NCBI RefSeq assembly: GCF_009914755.1
Contig: NC_060927.1
Length of the DNA: 64,000 nucleotides
DNA from: the human T2T-CHM13v2.0 reference genome, Homo sapiens
Reading direction: 5' to 3' (one strand)
Below the pieces are notes generated by a model. That model was given only the letters and a program-made list of their open reading frames with translations, ran no database searches and was not told the origin of the DNA. Positions 61,307 through 64,000 of this stretch are shown here, piece after piece. A program made the position numbers and the translations under genes. Within the stretch, counting starts at the first letter, position 1, and each line of letters opens with the position of its first letter.

Positions 61307-63714
61307 TCAGTCTCCACTTTCAACCCCATTCTCTTCATGGACAAAGGCGTGGCTCAGCTCTGACTGTACCTTAGGTCTTCTGGAGCTCTGACAAGTCCCT
61401 ACCTGAGGGGTCAGGGCACTCCCAGTAATACTGGGACTCCAAGTCTCAAAAGCAAAGTGGCCCCCACTGCCTCCTCATTATGACAGGAAGCTTTAGTGCT
61501 CACTTGGCCTGGGTAAAGAAACACTTTGTTTCTTGTTTTCTACTTTTCTTTTTTTTTTTTTAAAGATATGGCTATGGATAATGGTCGTAGATATCTTACA
61601 ATCTAGGATTATTTTGAAAACTTTTTTCTGAGTTATTCATTGTAAGACTCTCCCCAATCCAAGGGTGAAGGATACTTGGACACAACACAATGCCAGTTCA
61701 AGTTCAAGGGAAGTGTTCCATCCTCTTTCAGCCTCCACTCAGCTCCCTGACACACGGTGCATGGTCCAGCTCCCTGGGATTTTCCCATTCGGAAAGGGAA
61801 GCCGTTTGTCGAGCCAGCCTCTGTGACCACTCATGATCTGAATTACCCACAGGTGTTCGAAAATACAGAGGGATCCAGCATAATTAAGAGCATTAAGCAA
61901 TCATCTCAGCCCAAGGAGGCAGTTGAAGAAAAGAACAGAGTTTGGGCAACACTTGGGGAAATAAATTCCACAGCCTTTCACCAAGTTGAAATCTTGGCTT
62001 TGGACACACATAAAAATGAGCCTGGCCCAATCTTAGCTCTCAGTGGACATCTGCCATATCACAAGATTTGACCCAATTGGCCTGCCTTACCATAGAGAAG
62101 GCCACTGCTGGAGCAGCAGATGGTACTGCTGGTAAGAGCCAACGTGGACGGACAGGGCTGTGGCAGGGAAATGGCAGAGCACAGCTGGCCCCAGCCTGGG
62201 TAGGAGGCTTTGCTTTGAAGAGAATCATTTTTGTGATGCATTTTTTTAAAATAACATCGATCTGATTTCCTTCTCTCGTAGACTTCAATCACTTTTCATG
62301 TCCTACAGAACATTGCTAATTATTCTTTTATTTTCTCTCTTGTCACCAGGTACTGTCATACAGTAGTAAAACAAGTGCTAAACTCTATCCACAGAGAAAT
62401 GTCTGTTACAGAGAATTGTGTTAGAAACGCTTTGTTGACAAGGAAGGTAGAATCAGTGTTTTCCCTTAAGGTTTTAGTAACCCAGGAAAAGATTCTAAGT
62501 TACAAGTATTACTTCTCTTTAAGTAAACCATTACTAAGTATGATCTTATTTGATATGAAAAACTCAATTAAAAAAAATTAAAACTGCTGTCTAATGGGTG
62601 ATACCGACTTTAATAGCCCCTGGTTAATGCAGACTAGTCATTTAAAAAGAGCATTATCCAAACATTGCCCCTTTGTTATCATTTTCCCCATTCTTCAGGG
62701 AAACACTATCTACCTTTATACTCATTTTGTTTAACATCTCTAGTCATTTATGCTATTTACTGAGTATCTGATATTCTTAATAAAATGTCAGTACAAATAA
62801 GCAAGTTGTCTAGGAGGAAAAAAAATTAAGTTTTTCCAATCTTCCCTGGCTGGTCAAGGTAAACATTTCTAGATGGCCCAAGTCAGTTAGCCAGGCTGAC
62901 AAAAATGCCTTTTCTCTTTCCTCTTAAATTACAAAAGATGATCATTTTACTCAGCAATGAGCCTGACTAAAATGAAACTCTGTACATCAGAATTAAATAT
63001 GTTCTATCCACTCGAAATGAACAGTGTATTATTTATCACTAATACTTAATGACAAAAAAACTGATAACTTTCCCCGATTATACCACTGATTTCATCTAGT
63101 CTCGCATCATCGATTCTTTTGGTCATTAGCATAATCACAGAGCATCAACTCTGGCTTATGCAGCAAGTTTGATAACAGAGATGAAAGTAGACACACACTA
63201 TTTTAAAAACATGTTCCGATTTTCATCTAAGTATATCTTTATTTATATGGCTTTCTTACCATAAAGATGCCAGTCCTTTAAAATATGCAGAAATCACTTT
63301 CTACACTGAAGAACAAGGTGCTATATCATAACAAGGATACAGAAGTATAAAGCGCCTGTTAATTAAACATGGCTTTTTAACTCGCTACCCTGCATATGTA
63401 ACTGCTAAGTTCCAAGCCAAGTCTTTAAATAAGAAAGAGAAAATGGCTAGGCTCCTTCAAATGAATGCTTTGCCTGTTTTTTCCCTTAATGTAAGAGATC
63501 AGCCACTTGATAGATTATTTTTTTTAATCAAATTCCCTGATAAATGGTTGAGGTTTTAAAGTTTTTTCCCCCAAAACACAGACAAATGAACAAATTATGA
63601 AGTTCCAGTCAGGACTGATGGTTTCTTATGAATCTGAAATTTTCAATGTACAGAGTGCTACTGGGTTTTAGGCTCAAATTTAAAGAACTTGTCTTGAATT
63701 AATATCCAGTATTT

Positions 63715-64000
63715 CAAAAGGTTCACATGGAAAAATCAATAAGCTATAGCTACATGTATCCACATGGATGAATTTTACTGTTGTTTATTTTTTAAAAAAG
63801 CAAGTTACTAAAAAACATATATAGTAGGATGCTATCAGAACAAACCTTGAACGTGCAAAACAAAATCCTGTATTTTGAGGAATCCTGTACATGCATACAT
63901 ATTAAAAATATGAAGAACTACACAAGATGAAAACCACCCAGCTGCGAACAGTGGTAAAGTAACCTCTAGGAAAGAAGGACAGAGGTAAGATGAGGATGGG
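63715..64000 (+). mobile_element. Ancient L1ME-like 3' fragment
   Basis: 'tatccacatggatgaatt...aaaaagcaagttactaaaaaacatatatagtagg'. Confidence 0.55.

Overview
Primate, very probably human, genomic DNA. It contains 25 Alu copies (AluJ/S/Y) plus MIR, L2, old L1M, MaLR/ERV LTRs and hAT/Tigger DNA-transposon fossils. I found no recognisable protein-coding exon, RNA gene or CRISPR array, and the supplied ORFs are repeat read-throughs or chance-length frames. Most LTRs and L1 fragments lie on the + strand, and the best splice signals lie on the - strand. This suggests a large intron of a minus-strand gene, which I cannot name. Main observations: (1) a near-full-length fossil hAT-Blackjack transposon at ~44.06-46.83 kb, with both ends and readable transposase motifs, inserted into a MIR; (2) a repeat-free, CpG-retaining block at ~33.7-34.7 kb with a perfect MEF2 site, a perfect CArG box, a POU palindrome and a minus-strand splice donor, a candidate internal promoter/enhancer; (3) a nuclear-receptor half-site cluster with a perfect DR2 at ~16.1 kb; (4) several atypical retrotransposition scars. 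Repeat family names come from my recollection of consensus sequences and need RepeatMasker/Dfam confirmation. I see no support for a previously undescribed biological system here.
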